Assembly (NCBI GenBank): GCA_964016885.1 | Contig: OZ024746.1 | Location: 58,032,001 to 58,096,000, forward strand | Direction of reading: 5' to 3' | Length of the DNA stretch: 64,000 nt | Source: Eledone cirrhosa | Lineage: Eukaryota | Shown: positions 13,461-28,267 of the stretch, one piece after another | Position numbering within the stretch: the stretch's first letter is position 1 | Layout: each line of letters starts with the position of its first letter | Program-made: the position numbers and the translations under genes | Notes under the pieces: generated by a model | Told to the model about the DNA's origin: nothing | Databases searched by the model: none | The model's input: only the letters and a program-made list of their open reading frames with translations

Positions 13461-14208
13461 AATATATCTTTCTTTATTTGCCACAGGGCCGTACAAAAAT
13501 TGGACATTACAAGACGTAATAATAAAATAACAATTGAAATCCCCAATAGCGGGAACGTTGCTGCAGGGTTGCTTTACACCCCGTGGATAGAACGACCCTC
13601 AACACCAGGAACACGTTTTGTAGATGTTCCTGTCTCCCTTCTGTTTATCTTCCTCAACCTACAGGTTTATATACTCGTACCATTTTCGCAACATTCACCC
13701 ACCTTTCAGCGAATTTACTGGGGTGTAGCACCTCTCTCTCCACTCTCACCTTCCTTCTGAAGTGGTACTTAAAGAAGGGGATAAATTGTTGTCCGGAGAG
13801 AAAGGTGTTTACCCTCGGTCCTTTTAACCATATTACCTCTTTCGCCATAGCCACCAGACAGAGGAAAACCGCCTCTCCTTCATTCATAAATGAAGGCGGC
13901 GGGATGATCCTCACAATGGACTCGGCTGAAAACTGGATGTGTCCCACACGTGGCAGTAGCTGTTCGACTAATTCCACAGGTTGGTCACCCTGGGCACTGA
14001 AACGAGACCTCTGGAAGTTATCCATAGATCATGGGAGGAAATTCCTCCCGAACAGACTGGTCAGTTCGTCCTCCTCGATGCCTAGAATTTCCCCGAGAAC
14101 GTGATCGCACTTATCCTCCATTAATCCCCTATAGAAAGTCGAAGTGGAGTCTCCGCTGATTGCCGTTTTCGCTTGGTAGAGGGCTGTGAGCGCCTGTAGG
14201 CACTCGAG
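13461..14208 (-). mobile_element. Tx1 3' fragment, second subfamily, with internal deletion
   Basis: ORF 13654-14025; 3'UTR shared with the copy at 34205; GATA at both ends. Confidence 0.85.
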
Positions 14209-14220
14209 GATACATAGATA

Positions 14221-17200
14221 AGTTTCTATTTATTTGCCACGAGGGCACAAAAGAAGGGGACAAATACAAGGGGGGGGGGAGTTTACATGAAGGAACGAGT
14301 AAAAAACAAATAACAAATATAAAATTAACAATACAGTCCTCAATAGGGAGGAGGCGTTTTGGGGGTTACACACACACCCGAAAAAGTGTGCAACCCTTTT
14401 ACTTAGGAGCACAGAGAGGGGGTGCTCCTTTGAACTTCCACCTTTCCACCTACACGTTGATAAAGAGAGAAGGCCCATTCACACGGGCCATTCTCGCTAC
14501 TTTCACCCACCTTTCATAAAACTTGCTGGGTTAGAGCACTTCTCTCTCCATCCTGATCCTTCTCTTAAAATGGTATTTAAAGAAAAGGACCAGTTGTTGA
14601 TCAGAGAGAAAGGTTTCCGACCTCAGCCTTTTCAAACGTGTCCTCCATACCACCTCTTTCACCATGGCTATTACACAGAGGAAGACCGCCTCTCCTTCAT
14701 TTTTGAAGCGGGGAGGCGGCTAGATCGTTACAATGGACTCGGTGGTTCACCGGATTGGTCCCACCCGTGACAGCAATCGTTGGACATAGCCCCACAGATC
14801 GACAACGCCCGAGCAGTGTACCAATGCGTTCCCAACGGTTTCCTCGTCGCGCACGCATCTGGGACGATCTTTTTCGAGGGGCCCCTACCCGGGCTGCCGT
14901 GTCTATAGAGCTTTTCTCGAACGGGCAGCGCCCTTCGGTAGCACTGCCAGGACAGGGACCTCTATAAATTGTCAATAGGTCCCGGGCCAAATGTCCTCCC
15001 GAATAGGCTGGCCAGTTCGTCTTCTTCGATGCCTTGGGCTTGTCCGAGGGCGTCGTCGCACCTACTAACCACCAGCCCTCTATAAAATGACGAGGTGGAG
15101 TCTCCACAGAGAGCCGGGTCCGCCTGCCAGAGAGCCGTGAGCGCCTGGGCACACTTGGTGTGCCAGGTGCCCAGTTATCCCGGTCTTTGCTTGTCCCAAA
15201 ACTGCACCTCGGTGAGCGAGACGAGTCTCGGAAAGGCTCGCCTCACAAACGGGGCCCCACACCTGTTGGCCGGTGAGGAATACCTGGAGGTGCCGTAGCC
15301 TTAATGTGTGTTTACGCATCAGTAGCCACGGCATCCCAGCCCCCTTTCGAAGGGTGTTGACAGCAGATGGATCTCCTCACCAAAGGAGCCCGCTTGTTCC
15401 AAAGGAATTAGAAGAGTGCGCGCTCCATTTTTGTGAGCGTTTCCCTTGGGCAAGGCAAGACGGTCAGGCGGTAATAGATGACGGACGCTATATAAGCGTT
15501 CGCCACCTCCGCCCGCCCTTTCAGGGATAGTTTGCACTCAGCCCACTTCTGGGTCAGCGCAAACACACTCTTCGCTACCTCACCCCAGTTCTTCTCCACC
15601 TGGAGGTCTGGCCCGAACAAGACTCCGAGCAACTTCACCGGGCCCTCCGTCCAACGTCCGACGACGCCGTTGGAGGCCATCGGTTTGCCCCTCTACTCGC
15701 CGAGTTGCAACCGCCTGACTTGTCCCGGTTCAGCTTAGCCCCTGTAAAGGTTTCGTATTCCTCCAGTAAGTTGCCGATCACTCCGATTTCCGAGACGGTT
15801 GACACCATTACTGTCACGTCATCGGCATAGGCTGACACCGCTTTCCGCAATCCCGGTTCCAAAGGGATGCCCTGTAACGAACCAAACTTCTGCAGCAGTG
15901 GCTTGAGGGGCCAATTCAAACAGAATGGAGGAGAGTGAGCATCCCTCTCGGATGGACCGCGTGATTTCGAACGGCTCCGAGAGGTATCCGTTGACCTTGA
16001 CCATAGAGCAGATGGGGCTGCTGTGCATGGCAGTGATTCACCCCTGAAAATGGTTGCGAAACCTGCCGCCACTAGCACCGCTTCCAGGTAACGATGGTCG
16101 ACTCTATCGAATGCCTTAGATTGGTCCGAGTTGATCAGGGCCCCACACAAGCCGGGGTCGTTCCAAAACCCTCTCTATGATGTATCGCATGAGCTGGAGG
16201 TTGTCGTGAATGGACTTGGACGGGATAGCGGATGTCTGCGCATCTCCCACCAGGTTGCCCACGACGAAGCGCCAACCTCTTTGCTAACACCTTGGCCAAA
16301 ATCTTTAACTCTGCATTTAGCAGAGTTATGGGCCTAAAATTACTGATTTTTTCTCGTCCTTCCTCACTAACGAGACTACGCCCTTGGTCACAGAACGGGT
16401 AATTCTCCCGTTCTGTTGCCAGTTGCAGTAGACCGCCTCGAGGAGATCGAAAAACAAGTCCGGCATACTTAAATACAGTTCGTATGGAAGACCATCGAGC
16501 CCCGGAGGTTTGCGTCTGCCGCATTTGGCTCAGAACGTCCCCTATTTCAGCCGAAAGACGCGGCAGGCCGTCGAGGTATGGACCAAGGTCCACATCCTCA
16601 TCTACCCCCACCCCACACCCACCCCTTCCGAACAATCTGGCAATGTGCCTTTGAAAGGCCTCGCACAACTGCTTAGGTTCAAGGATCACCCGTCCATCCT
16701 GGTCTCGCAAAGACCGGATAGTGGATTTAATCCCACTTTTGGCTTCTGTCACGCGGGCCCAGCTAACAGCTTTGATCTCCTCGTTTCCTAGAGCACGTAT
16801 TTTGCTTCGGACAACGCAGCCTTCGTGTTTCGCGTCGAAAAACTGGCCCAAGGCCGTTCTCGACGCTAGCACTCTGGCTACGTCGCCGCTTCTAATTGTC
16901 TCTTCTACACTATCTAGCAACTCCCTTTCCTTCCTATTTCTATCTCCTATTACTAACTCCTATTGAAACTACTCTAATCTCTCTTTGAGAGAGCCCCACC
17001 ACCTGCTGTTGACGATGGCGCAACTCCCTTTCCTTCCTATTTCTATCTTCCTATTACTAACTCCTATTGAAACTACTCTAATCTCTCTTTTGAGAGAGCC
17101 CCACCACCTGCTGTTGACGATGGCGCCCGTCAACCACTCCTTAACTAAATTACTAATCCGGTAAGGACAAGTTGGGTTTCCAGGAACCGGGTCCCTGTCT

Positions 17201-17275
17201 ATGCGTTCTATCAATTTTTACCATGGAGGTCACTAACTTGTGGTCTGAATAGCCAACCATGAGCATTTCTGGACA
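14221..17275 (-). mobile_element. Tx1 3-kb fragment (RT and C-terminus), degenerate, with a tandem duplication of about 103 bp at 16918-17125
   Basis: NFRPITLLNAELKILAK, KAFDRVDHRYL and AVSAYADD motifs across frameshifted ORFs. Confidence 0.9.
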
Positions 17276-17277
17276 AC

Positions 17278-17386
17278 GGTGGATTGGCTGTATCGGTAGA
17301 GGGTCGGACGCCATGCTTTCCAGCATAGTTACGTCCCTTTACGATCTGAGTGCAAATCCCGCCGAGGTTGACTTTGCCTTTCATCC
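17278..17386 (+). mobile_element. tRNA-derived SINE, 3'-truncated
   Basis: Nearly identical to the 5' part of the SINE at 19510. Confidence 0.85.
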
Positions 17387-17650
17387 ACTTCTTTATCACA
17401 GCTTATATGGTCATTAAGAGAGAAGAATTTAAAATACTCCATTTTTTGGACGAAACTTCGGAAAAGTGGAGTTTACCGCAACTCAAGTATATCAGTAACT
17501 GTGCGCTTTGTACAATGGAGACCCTGTTGATTATTATTAATTATAAGACCTTAATTAACAAAAAAAGTGAATTATTCTCTAATTGTCTTCATAAAGCTTT
17601 GTCTACATTTCAAGCCTCCCCTAAGCCCAGGAAAAAACACTAGGCAACTA
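17387..17650 (+). pseudogene. PLE GIY-YIG C-terminal fragment
   Basis: SLSQLIWSLREKNLKYSIFW.. then CALCTMETLLII..LINKKSELFSNCLHK. Confidence 0.7.
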
Positions 17651-18010
17651 AACTTGGTTTTTAGGCGTGCATAATCAACAGTTGAAAACCTTAATGGCCT
17701 TTAATATTGCTTTATCTTATAAATATCTATAAAAGAAATAACGTTTGAATGAATGACACTTGTTTAATAATATGCTGACACGTTCATATACATAACATAA
17801 TATTATTAACTTGATCCATACCATTATTTCTCTATCTTTATTTTTTTATCTATGTTTTAAATATACTTCAAATATCCAACCTGTAATTTTTTACGAACCT
17901 TATTTTGAACTGTGAATCATTCATGCGTTTACACTCCTTTATTTATATATATGTATGTATTTAACTTTTGCATGTTTTTAAGTATACCTATGTTTATTTT
18001 TCTATCTATA

Positions 18011-18870
18011 AGGAAGTCTATTCTCAGCTAAGTTCCCAGGCGATGCGTGGACACAGGGAACTTATACAAAAATAATTCAGTGGATGAAAAAAAGCAAGCG
18101 TGGACTAAATTCCAAGACATAGGCAGTGATTTTTTCAATGTCTTGGAATTTAGTCCACGCTTGCTTTTTTCCATCCACTGAATTATTTTTGTATAAGTTC
18201 CCTGTGTCCACGCATCGCCTGGGAATAGACTTCCTGATGACGAAATGCCTTCTCCATGCGTTTCATTCGGAAACCATGTTTATTCCCTTTCAGAAACTAA
18301 TTAGTTAGAGTGAAATTTTAGTAAGTAAGTTAATTTTTTATAATTTTCTTATTTTACGTCTTTCATATAATTGTTCTGCATCCCCTTGCATTGAACCACA
18401 AAGTTACTAAGACAAAACCTATATATTTGCTAGCATAGGTATGCATCTGTGTATATATGTTGGTAGATATACTAATTCTTTATAATTATCTCCAAATTAC
18501 TTTGTTGAGCAAAAATTTGCCAAAACTGCTACTATAGTTCATAGTAATAGTTAGGCTACTGTCTTCTTAACACCCCACTCCTCAGTGATTAACCTCGATG
18601 TCACGTGATTGATTCTTTTGAATTTGCCACCGACCAAGTAGGCAGTGATTTTTTCAATGTCTTGGAATTTAGTCCACGCTTGCTTTTTTCCATCCACTGA
18701 ATTATTTTCGTATAAGTTCCCTGTGTCCACGCATCACCTGGGAACTTAGCTGAGAATAGACTTCCTAATGACGAAACCATGTTTATTCCCTTTCAAAAAC
18801 TAATTAGTTGGAGTGAAATTTTAGTAAATAAGTTAATTTTTATAATTTTCTTATTTTACGTCTTTCCTAT
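18011..18870. repeat. pLTR-like arrangement: inverted copy (18011-18120) plus two direct copies (18120-18370, 18639-18870)
   Basis: aggcagtgattttttcaatgtcttggaatttagtccacgc... occurs twice and its reverse complement lies immediately upstream. Confidence 0.8.
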
Positions 18871-19509
18871 ATATATATATATGTGTGTGTGTGTCTAATG
18901 GTAGCTAAGATGCTTCTATAGGCGCTATGCCGGTTGAGCACTCTATGCTCCTACAGAGCAGAGTATTATAGAATGCAAAACGAAAAATCAGTGATGCATC
19001 GGAACTCAATTTATTGTGTGTTACAATTGTTTCCCCGGCGAACAGTTCGAGGTGCGATCCGTGTGTGGATCGAACAGACTCTAGACTTGTAGGTTCCTCG
19101 GACACGTCTATTGTTTTCGGATCATATCCTCTTTCTGGGGTTTTCTGGCCCTACAATCCTATATCGTCCACCTTCATCTGCTTTGCGTGTCCTTGGGTTG
19201 GTCACTTGTTAGTGACGTCAACATTATTCTGACCCCTTGTAGCAGCCCGCTGACCGTCAGGGCGTCTTGTGTGCTTATGTTCACACACAGAAATAGACGA
19301 ACACATTATATTGTTAATAACACTAATTCGGATGTGACGTTAGCAGAATTCAGCATGTGTGAAGCATTCAAACCGGTACACAACTCTTTTAGCTTGCTGA
19401 TATGCGTCGAACTGGATATGTTCAGATTACATAGCTCAAGTAACAAAGAAAGTGTTTGCAGCGTTTACAAAGATGAATCTGCTTATACCTTCAAAGGAAC
19501 ATTATTGAA

Positions 19510-19697
19510 GGTGGATTGGCAGTATCGGTAGAGGGTCGGACGCCATGCTTTCCAGCATAGTTACGTCCCTTTACGATCTGAGTTCAAATCCCGCCGAGGT
19601 TGACTTTGCCTTTCATCCTTACGGGGTCGATAAAATAAAGTACCAGTAATGCACTGGGTAATTGCTGGCCTTGTGCCTAAAGTAGAAACAATTATTG
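19510..19697 (+). mobile_element. tRNA-derived SINE, full length
   Basis: A and B boxes, central domain and tail as at 4308. Confidence 0.88.
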
Positions 19698-19986
19698 AAA
19701 AGTTGCTGAATTTAAGGCTCGAAAGTATTTCCCGTAGACAATACCTATTTATTCTGTGACAAACATGAACACATTCCATTCATGAATATACATTAAAACA
19801 TACGTTAGAATATTCTTTTAAAGGATGTGAATATTTTTTTGTAAAACAAGATTTCTGAAGAGGTTGGTGGCCTTAATTTACTAATTAACTACTTTAATTA
19901 TGATAATGGGAATTGTTTGTTTGTCATACTAAACGGCGTTCTAAACAATTCAATTGCACTTGAATCTACAGATCATAATGTAAGTA

Positions 19987-20134
19987 GAAGAAGAAGAAGA
20001 AGAAGAAGTAGAAGAAGAAGAAGAAGAAGAAGAAGAAGAAGAAGAAGAAGAAGAAGAAGAAGAAGAAGAAGAAGAAGAAGAAGAAGAAGAAGAAGAAGAA
20101 GAAGAAGAAGAAGAAGAAGAAGAAGAAGAAGAAG
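19987..20134. repeat. (GAA)n microsatellite
   Basis: Direct read. Confidence 0.95.
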
Positions 20135-20288
20135 ACACGTACATATATGTGACACATCTTCGCATCTATTATGTACATTTTTTTATGTATATAATTTATA
20201 CATATAATGCATGTTACATTTAGATACCCTATTTTATAACTTGATTGATATCATCTCAGACGATGATCGCACCACTTTTTATATGCAA

Positions 20289-20371
<83 letters not shown>

Positions 20372-20548
20372 CACATATATATATATATACACATATATGC
20401 ACCCACACACATCCACACATATACACATATATATGTATTATTTATATGTTTATATATATATATATTTATATATACATATATATATATATGTGTATATTTG
20501 TGTGTGTGTGCGTGTGTGGCATTTATGTAATTACGTGCGTGCACGTAG

Positions 20549-20591
<43 letters not shown>

Positions 20592-20633
20592 TTATATATA
20601 TATAGTTATGTAATAAACAACATAAGGTAATTA

Positions 20634-20694
20634 TTTCATTTACCAATGGTTTCTTGAGAGCTAACAGCTTTTGCTTCCAATCATCAGAATGAAA
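20634..20694 (-). ncRNA. Hammerhead ribozyme in PLE pLTR
   Basis: Minus strand: tttcatt-CTGATGA-ttggaagc..gctctcaa-GAAA-ccattgg-TA^aatgaaa, with a 7-bp stem I. Confidence 0.85.
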
Positions 20695-20797
20695 AAATCC
20701 TGGTGTATTTATTGGTATTGGATTTTAAAAACAAGAATATAATCTATATGAAAGTGAGGCTGGAAAAGGAAGAAGGAAAGGAAAAATAAACACACAT

Positions 20798-20847
<50 letters not shown>

Positions 20848-21354
20848 ATATATATACACACAAACATATACATACACATATATATAGATACATATATATA
20901 TATGTATACATATATATATATAAAATATATATATATATACACATACATACACACATGCATACACGTACAAATACACATACATATCCATACATACGCATAC
21001 GCACAAATACACACACGCATGCATATATATATATATATATACATATACATCTATATATATATACACACACAATCATACATATATACACGCGTACATACGC
21101 ACACATACATACACACATATATAAACGCATACATACGCACACACAAATATAGATATATGTACACACACCTACATACGCACATACACAAAAGTATAATAGA
21201 CGACTATAAAGGCCGTCATATAAGAATAAAAATAAATGTAAAAATTATTATAAAGTTGACAGCGATACAGGAGACAAATAAACACAATTATACATACACA
21301 TACATATACATAAATACATACACACACACATACACATTCATACACATATACATA

Positions 21355-21414
<60 letters not shown>

Positions 21415-21533
21415 CATAGATATACACACACACATACATACACACACATGTATGTGTGTAAAACTCATTATTAGATGTATTCATAGAACCTTGTTTAACT
21501 CTTAAATATATACATATATATACACACACACAC

Positions 21534-21579
<46 letters not shown>

Positions 21580-21583
<4 letters not shown>

Positions 21584-22192
21584 GGTGGCTGCCAACTCGT
21601 TTTCGAGTACAGCCACTACTTTATATCCATGTAGGAGAACCCCTACCGAAGCGCTGAACGAGTGTGACATTTTAGTCCAGCCAGCGACTTGAAAACTCTG
21701 GTACAAACACTAGACTTGTGACAATTATTGACACATAGTTCTGGGCCCATGGTACCATGTGATGACAAGTGCAGAGGGATCTCCAGATATAAAGCAATGC
21801 CTGTGCCGTGTAGCTTTTATAGTGAGCAAGGCACTGCACAAAGCCAGTCCCACTCTCTTAACCAAGATGATATTTACCAAAAAGAAGAACAAGTCAACAT
21901 CATTGGATACCATCAGGGTTGCAAGTGTTATATCGGAGTTTTCCTTCTCCTAGAATTCTGCCTTGACAAAGGCTAAGAGGTGATCTCTCCCGGTGATTTT
22001 GGATGGCCATTGACTCTTAAGAGCTCATCTGCCCTTTGACAGGTTTTGTTTTTAGTCCTGCAGTATGTCCATAGTCACCCTCCTCACCAAGAAACCTTTG
22101 TGTGGTTGCCAGTTTAGTCGCCAACGAGTCGACCATGAGACAGGTTGTACTGGGATACATGTTACCAGTAGCACCAACTGGTGACCTGACAT
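21580..22192 (-). mobile_element. Non-coding RTE-tailed element (partial copies at 59212-59531 and 28285-28875)
   Basis: About 320 bp shared with the 59212 copy; 3' tail tggctgtactcgaaaacgagttggcagccaccat resembles the RTE-type tail at 59588-59626. Confidence 0.7.
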
Positions 22193-22251
22193 ATGTTTTT
22201 AGTCCTGAAGGATGTCCAAAGTCACCCTCCTCACCAAGAAACCTTGGTATT

Positions 22252-22388
22252 GGGGTTAACGTATGTTGATGCCCTAAGGACAGACACTGGTCTGTTGGAG
22301 ATGCAGGACATCGCAGCAATAATGAGGGACAGAGACCGCTGGAGAGAACTCGTCCATGGATCTCGGGAATTTTACCCGCCTTAGTTAG
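22252..22388 (+). mobile_element. RTE-X-like LINE 3' stub
   Basis: [35 protein letters not shown], as at 29821 and 45303. Confidence 0.85.
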
Positions 22389-22562
22389 ATATATACATAT
22401 AGGAAAAAGTATGACACCGACGGCAGAGTTCAAGCCGTTTCTGAGGCTATTATATATATACACACACAAACATATATATAAAAATACACATATACACACA
22501 CACACACACATATCTACAAAAGTTACGCCACCACCTTAATAAAAATACACACACACATATAA

Positions 22563-22625
<63 letters not shown>

Positions 22626-23001
22626 ATTACAACATATACATATAAAAAATACAATTATATACACACATACATATACATACAGATATATATAATTATATAT
22701 ACATATACATATACATACATATATATACATATATACACATATACACAACACACGCACACACGCAGAAATAAATATCTAAAAATAAGAAGGTGGGTATGTA
22801 AAGGGTAAGGTAGAAAGTAGGGGGAATAAGGAAAATAAATGACATAGGAAAAAGTTTAAATATAAGGGGAGATAAGGAAGAAAAAATATAAGTTTAGAAA
22901 ATAATAAAAAAATAAAAAAATAAAAATCGTAGCGGATGTAAGGCGTAGAGAGCAGAGAAGAAGTTCAAGGTGGTTGAGTCATCGTAGGAATGTGAATCCA
23001 G

Positions 23002-23450
23002 TTACAGATCAGATGTGATTTCAGGCGAGGATAACATCTGAAGATCTCGGTCGTGGAGTTCAGGCAAGTTGAAGTGGCTTTCAAGTTTTGTAAAATCCAA
23101 AATGTTCATGTGGTACACAAAGAACAATTCTTTGTGCCCCTTTGGTACTCCCTCGAATGGTCTAAAATAGACCAATCGATAGAGTACGGGATGTTTTTGT
23201 CCTTGAATTCTCACACCTTATTTGCGAGAGCCGTTGCTGTTCTTTTATCGGAGTGTTTAAAAGAAGCGACATGTTGCATAAAACCTGCTTTTAAACCTGT
23301 CCTGAGTCATGCCAACATATCGTTCACTCCTGGCTGGTTGGTTGATAATTAAAGGTGTCATTTGGCCTCATATACAACGGATTTGGTATTACATTTGCCC
23401 TGTAATGGGCATTCATCCGGCTTCCTGCAACTGCATCCTGGATTTATTCT
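23002..23450 (-). pseudogene. PLE GIY-YIG endonuclease, degenerate
   Basis: CSCRKPDECPLQGKCNTKSVVYEAK..RYVGMT..QHVASFKH..ATALA..YSIDWSIL..CSLC..CLNSTTE. Confidence 0.85.
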
Positions 23451-23474
23451 CGTACGATTAGAATTGGTGATTTA

Positions 23475-23551
<77 letters not shown>

Positions 23552-23654
23552 ATGTGTGTTTATTTTTCCATTCCGTCTTCCTTTTCTAGCCTCACTTTCA
23601 TATAGATTATATTTTTGTTTTTAAAATCCAATGTCAATAAATACACCATGATTT

Positions 23655-23715
23655 TTTCATTATGATGATTGAAAGCAAAATTTGTTTGCTTTCAAGAAAC
23701 CACTGGTAAATGAAA
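23655..23715 (+). ncRNA. Hammerhead ribozyme, inverted pLTR copy with core C3 mutated to A
   Basis: tttcatt-aTGATGA-ttgaaagcaaa[atttg]tttgctttcaa-GAAA-ccactgg-TA^aatgaaa. Confidence 0.7.
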
Positions 23716-23852
23716 TAATTACCTTATGTTGTTTATTACATAACTATTAAGCTATGTAATCTACATAGAGCACTCTTTTTTCCTGGACCTTTCCGACGGA
23801 ATTACTTCATTTATATATATATATATATTTATATACTACGTTTATATATATA

Positions 23853-23970
<118 letters not shown>

Positions 23971-24433
23971 CTATCTTTTCTTATACCATTTTTAAAGGGT
24001 CCGTCGAGCTTCCGATTATTGAGTAGTGTAAGATCGATACACATCTAACCTTGAGCTGATCAGCGGAGAAATGCGCGTCACCTACCAATAAATGAAGGAG
24101 TAACCAATCGTCCTTGTTATTATCTCAATATATATATGCATATATAGAAATATATATAGAGAGAAATATATATCTATGTACATATATATATATATACTTC
24201 TGTACATATACAAATATATGTATTAAATGTATATATACATATATATTTGATTTTGGTATTTGTTTTGCAAGATTTCTCATCTGAAATCTTGTTTCCAAAC
24301 AGATATTGTTATCCTTTGTTAATATGCTGCCAATAAAAACGCATGAACTTATTGTGTTTCACTTCAATTCATTACTATAATTTCCCGGTCGGTTAGCTTA
24401 ATAATCTGATTGTTGTTTAGTTGATTATTATTA

Positions 24434-24472
24434 CCATAGCGCTTTCGTCACATTCTGTGACCTCCTCAGTGG
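24434..24472 (-). ncRNA. Minimal hammerhead ribozyme downstream of a GIY-YIG fragment
   Basis: cca-CTGAGGA-ggtcaca[gaa]tgtgac-GAAA-gcgc-TA^tgg. Confidence 0.8.
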
Positions 24473-24739
24473 GTCTTTTTGCTGTTATTCTGTTGTACTC
24501 TTTTGTTCTGTCTTACACAATCTTCTTTTTGTGAGTTGTGAACTTGGGCTGCTCATGCATTATATCCGTGTCTGTGTTAGTGTATGTGTTTGTGAGTTTC
24601 TATCTATTATATATTCATCTATTTTCTGTCCTATCTGTCTCTAGTTGGTTATTTGTTCTATCTCTATATGTCTGGTTATCTTATTAGTTTATTACTTGAT
24701 TATTATTTGATTGTCTGCATATATCTTATTATTGTCCTT

Positions 24740-25095
24740 AGTTACTACGCAGTTATGTTGTTACAATTCCACTCTTCCTTTCTATTTAGTCTTGGTCGGT
24801 GTTCATTTAAATTCGTTGCTTCAGTCCTCTATCAGAGCATGGCATCTTTTTATATCTTGATATTTTTCAATGAAATCCAATATTCCATTCTCGCAAATTT
24901 CTTGATTACTGATGAGTCTTTCTCATCTTGGAGTTCTTGTCAGTGTTATTGAATCCTTTCTTGTATGCTACCAACCGTTTCCCCTATGTATGTCGTGTTC
25001 CTATTTCTTCACTGTCCTTCCGTGCATCTTATGCTATATACCACGTTCTTAGATTTACAGTTATTCTGTAGACTAACCCCGCAGAGTGGGAATTT
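24740..25095 (-). pseudogene. PLE GIY-YIG fragment (second lineage)
   Basis: [36 protein letters not shown]. Confidence 0.75.
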
Positions 25096-25227
25096 TCCAT
25101 CGCTACAACGGGTTTTCTATTCAGGGATTTTCTATTATAGTAATATTTTAATTTGTCTAAAGCCCTTCTATACATCTCTCTCTCCTTCTCTCTTTCACTC
25201 TTTCTCTCTCTCCCTAACTATTTATCT

Positions 25228-25350
<123 letters not shown>

Positions 25351-25351
25351 A

Positions 25352-25887
<536 letters not shown>

Positions 25888-26026
25888 GTGTTACACGATA
25901 TTCAATGATTATGTCAAAGAATGAGTTTTACAGTAGATTGGAAGCACTCTACGGTAACAAATAATTTTCCGGAGTTATTAATATTAAAATATAAATATTA
26001 ATAAAATAGATGTTATTTTGATCAAT

Positions 26027-26085
26027 TACATTTTATTATACATATTTCTGATGTACACCAGTACGTCCTCATCAGACAAAATATA
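26027..26085 (-). ncRNA. Hammerhead ribozyme related to the one at 3768
   Basis: tatattttgt-CTGATGA-ggacgtac[tggt]gtacatca-GAAA-tatgta-TA^ataaaatgta, with a 10-bp stem I. Confidence 0.78.
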
Positions 26086-26366
26086 ATGATACATGACATA
26101 CCTTGAGATGTTAAATGGTTAAGATTTAATCAAGATAGTGACTACCTTGATTAATATTTATATCTTAATATATATATATATATAATGAAGGAAATGTGGT
26201 AAGGGACCAGGTGGACCATAACGCACAAGAGTACTCGATACTTTGGGTAGTAGAGTGAGTAATAGGAAAAGGTTCAGGACCCCGACGGCTATTTCTGGAC
26301 AGAAATGTGTCCAGAACTAGCCGTCGAAACGTCTTGAGCTCTGCCATAGAGGTCCTGATCCTTTTC

Positions 26367-26407
<41 letters not shown>

Positions 26408-26538
26408 ATACTTATACAATTAGATATCGTCTAGGCTAGCCGGATCTAGCTGTCAAAACCGCCAGATCTCAGGAGTCGGGGCCCTGCATCTTTTCACACA
26501 CACACGCTGTGACACACGCTGTGACACACGCACACACA

Positions 26539-26634
<96 letters not shown>

Positions 26635-26863
26635 TATATATATATATTGATATATATATATATATATATATTAAATTAACAGATTAAAGTTTACGCATCG
26701 TGCTTTCACCCTTGAAGGGATCGTCTGAAACAAATATTTTAATAAAGATTTGCTGCACGGTTTTTATATATTTTTATATATATATATATATTATCCTTAT
26801 CGAGCCCTCTTCGGATTTTAGTCTTCACATTTATTATTATTACTATATATATACATATATATA

Positions 26864-27254
26864 TATATTAATAAAAGGAATTCCAACTTTGTCTGATTTA
26901 CTCGTTTTATTTACAATCCTTTAACATTTATAATGCTATTAGAATGAAATAGTATGGTAGAATATTAAATGTTAAGTATTAATTGAACAAGTACTTTCAT
27001 GCTTTCGCAATCTTCAGGTTCATAATGTGTGGTGACAGTCAAGTTTGCAATTTTCAACAGTTGAAAATTGCAAACTTGACTGTCACCACACATTATGAAC
27101 CTTAAGATTGCGAAAGCATGAAAGTACTTGTTAAATTAACACTTAACATTTAAGATTCTACCATACTATTTCTTTCTAATACCATTATGAATTTTAAAGG
27201 ATTGTAAATAAAACGAGTAAATCTTACAAAGTTGGAATTTTGTTTTATTAATAT
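26864..27254. mobile_element. Fold-back HHR element, arms of about 195 bp with a 1-nt spacer at 27059
   Basis: Centre ...gcaattttcaac a gttgaaaattgc... Confidence 0.85.
26984..27022 (-). ncRNA. Minimal hammerhead ribozyme (right-arm mirror has a mutated core)
   Basis: tgaac-CTGAAGA-ttgc[gaaa]gcat-GAAA-gtac-TT^gttca. Confidence 0.78.
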
Positions 27255-27327
27255 AATCTTCTATACACAATCATACACAACCGTGTATATTTTTCTATCT
27301 ATCTATATATGTATGTATATATATATA

Positions 27328-28267
<940 letters not shown>

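Noticed and set aside
18221-18290. Hammerhead (CTGATGA..GAAA with flanking pairing); similar case at 57395-57430
   Set aside because: Stem III and the NUH triplet do not fit, and at 57395 GAAA is absent; at best degenerate
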